A DNA stretch of 64,000 nt from Lepidodermella squamata (taxonomy: Eukaryota > Animalia > Gastrotricha). Positions 62,001-64,000 of this stretch are shown in pieces. The stretch is taken from contig JBLDXI010000019.1 in assembly GCA_047495785.1 (NCBI GenBank), forward strand, positions 2,356,001 through 2,420,000, in the 5' to 3' direction. Position 1 is the stretch's first letter. Each line of letters starts with the position of its first letter. The notes below the pieces were generated by a model. That model was not told the origin of the DNA. It worked only from the letters and a program-made list of their open reading frames with translations, and did not search any database. The position numbers and the translations under genes were made by a program.

Positions 62001-64000
62001 CTTGTAAATAATAGCACTAATTGCTGTAAATAATTTGCGGAAATTTCCGCTGACTGATTTTTTAAGGTAACGATTAAGAGCCTGTTTTTGTTATTATTCG
62101 CCTCGTTATTATTATTTATTTCATTTTATAATAACAATACTTTGTTCCATTAAAAATTCGCGGCGTATATAGCGTAAGAAACGTGTGATTGTTACCAACA
62201 TGTGTAATTACGCGTGTTTTATATTGGCCCAGGTGTGGCCGCCCTATACTCGAGGCGTTAGTAATACGCCTCGCATTGACCCATAGCAAAATCGCTTATA
62301 TTGTAAAGCGAAAGTGTGCCTCGTTGGAAGAATGTCCCTAGTCGCTGCCTTAATTCTCTCTCTCACCTGAGCCGCGGTCTCATTATTGCGCTATAACATG
62401 CAACAACAACATCTCGTAGCCGCCTTAATAATTGAGGCGCATGACTTTTTCCGGTGCTAATTTGAGCTAACACCCCTTGTAAATTATTCAGTGGCTTTTG
62501 GCTCGAGAGCGCTCTTCACCCACAACTACACATATTATGCCTTAATACTATAATACGAGAGAGAATATATAGAGAAATGCATTTCATGATTTTCCGCAAC
62601 GTTGGATTTTGACAAAATTTTGAATTTTTTGAAACATTACGACTTCTTTGTGAATAGAAGCAATTTTAGGCATGATTGGCTAGGTTTTTAGGGCGCGTCT
62701 CTTGTCTAATTCAATAATATAAACCAGCGCGCAAAATTTTAAGCGCGTGCGCTCTTTCATTAAAACGCTATTTATTACATCGAAAACCGTTAAAATCGCC
62801 CGCCAATTTTCACAGCTCCTCGTTACCATCCTCATATTATTATTCGTTTTAGCTATAATATTTTATTAATATATATTGTCGCAACTCGATGTCCATTCAG
62901 CTGTCCACTATAATGTATATATAGAGTGGACATTTTGCGATATTAATATGCATTACTGTTATTCATATATTTGAAAAGTATAGCCAGTAGCCAGGGATTT
63001 AATGCGGCCGGGCCATCTGCTGATTTCGCTCAAAGCATGCATGAGAAATTTTTCCATATTGCCGAATTCGTAAAATATGCGCATCGCTAAAAACAACAAG
63101 CCCAGCCGCGGAAAAATGTATGGTCTGTATAAATTATTAGATAAACAGTTTCCGGCTCACAAACAAATTTTTTTATGTTGGTTTTAGCTTCTTTATAGCT
63201 ATAAACAGTATTATTAGAGTTGCGTCCCATTTTTTTCTCATATAATTTAAGCCTATTTTCAGCCTTTTTTTAGGATAATTATAAGAATCACCTTAAAATG
63301 ATCTCAATATATTTTTTTCATAATTCTCGTAATTTTTCTGTATTTGCTTAATAACGAAAAGTAATTAGAAACTCAGAAGATAACAATGCTTGTTATTTTT
63401 CTAGCGCGTTTACATTGTTATATGATATTATTTATTACACGCACAATTTTGCGCCGAAACATACACACAAGCGCGCACTTTATTATTGTCGCGCGCTCGC
63501 TCGCTTGTGGCAACACGCGCGGCTCTGTCGTAGTTTTTCGCCACCGACGACAACGAAAAATGTGTCAACGGGGCTTCTTCGTCTTCGTCGTCTTCCCTGC
63601 TCGCAGCAGCACCACAAACCACTTCAAGCCGACTGCTGTTTATTCACTTTTTACGCGCGTCTCAAACAATGCGACGCGCTTTATATGAAATGTCGTGCGT
63701 TTTTAATGATTACACAATCTTCGCACAGTTTCGCGCTTCGGGCTACTATTTTATGATCTCTGAATGTTACTTAGATGTTTTCTCGAAATTCGGTACATTT
63801 TGGTGTAAATTTAGTGTTTATAGCAATTAATCGGAAATTATTTCCATTTTAACCCCGAAATTTTAATTTAATGGCTAAAATTATTGCTAGATTTTTCCAT
63901 TTTTTTTTAAGATTTTAGACGTGAATATTTTTGGGGCTATTTCCGGATTTTTTGCTGTTTATACTGCGGCGTTAACAGCGCATATCTCGTTGTAATCATC

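Overview
This is eukaryotic (invertebrate animal) genomic DNA with spliceosomal GT-AG introns. I found no prokaryotic features such as CRISPR arrays or rRNA. All spliced gene models were built by eye. In order, the window holds: the 3' end of a Tubby gene; an orphan rhodopsin-type GPCR; an achaete-scute bHLH gene; a small two-exon coiled-coil gene; two intronless divergent Cys-loop channels; two tandemly duplicated GABA-B-like class C GPCRs, separated by a truncated phospholipase-B duplicate and a Ginger-like DNA transposon; an intact phospholipase B-like gene; a PAS-less ERG K+ channel with three candidate first exons; two more Cys-loop channels; two small secreted Pro/Gly-rich paralogs; and about 5 kb of CpG-rich non-coding DNA. 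The best candidate for a novel system is the 8-exon gene at 51948-55452. It splices in frame into a ~1037-aa protein: signal peptide, DOMON-like beta-sandwich, ~380-aa Ser/Thr mucin stalk, then a complete Cys-loop ligand-gated ion channel. A short paralog lacking the head and stalk sits next to it. Also notable are an orphan Cys-loop family with a shared extra cysteine pair, and a micro-exon gene built from symmetric 12-36 nt exons.
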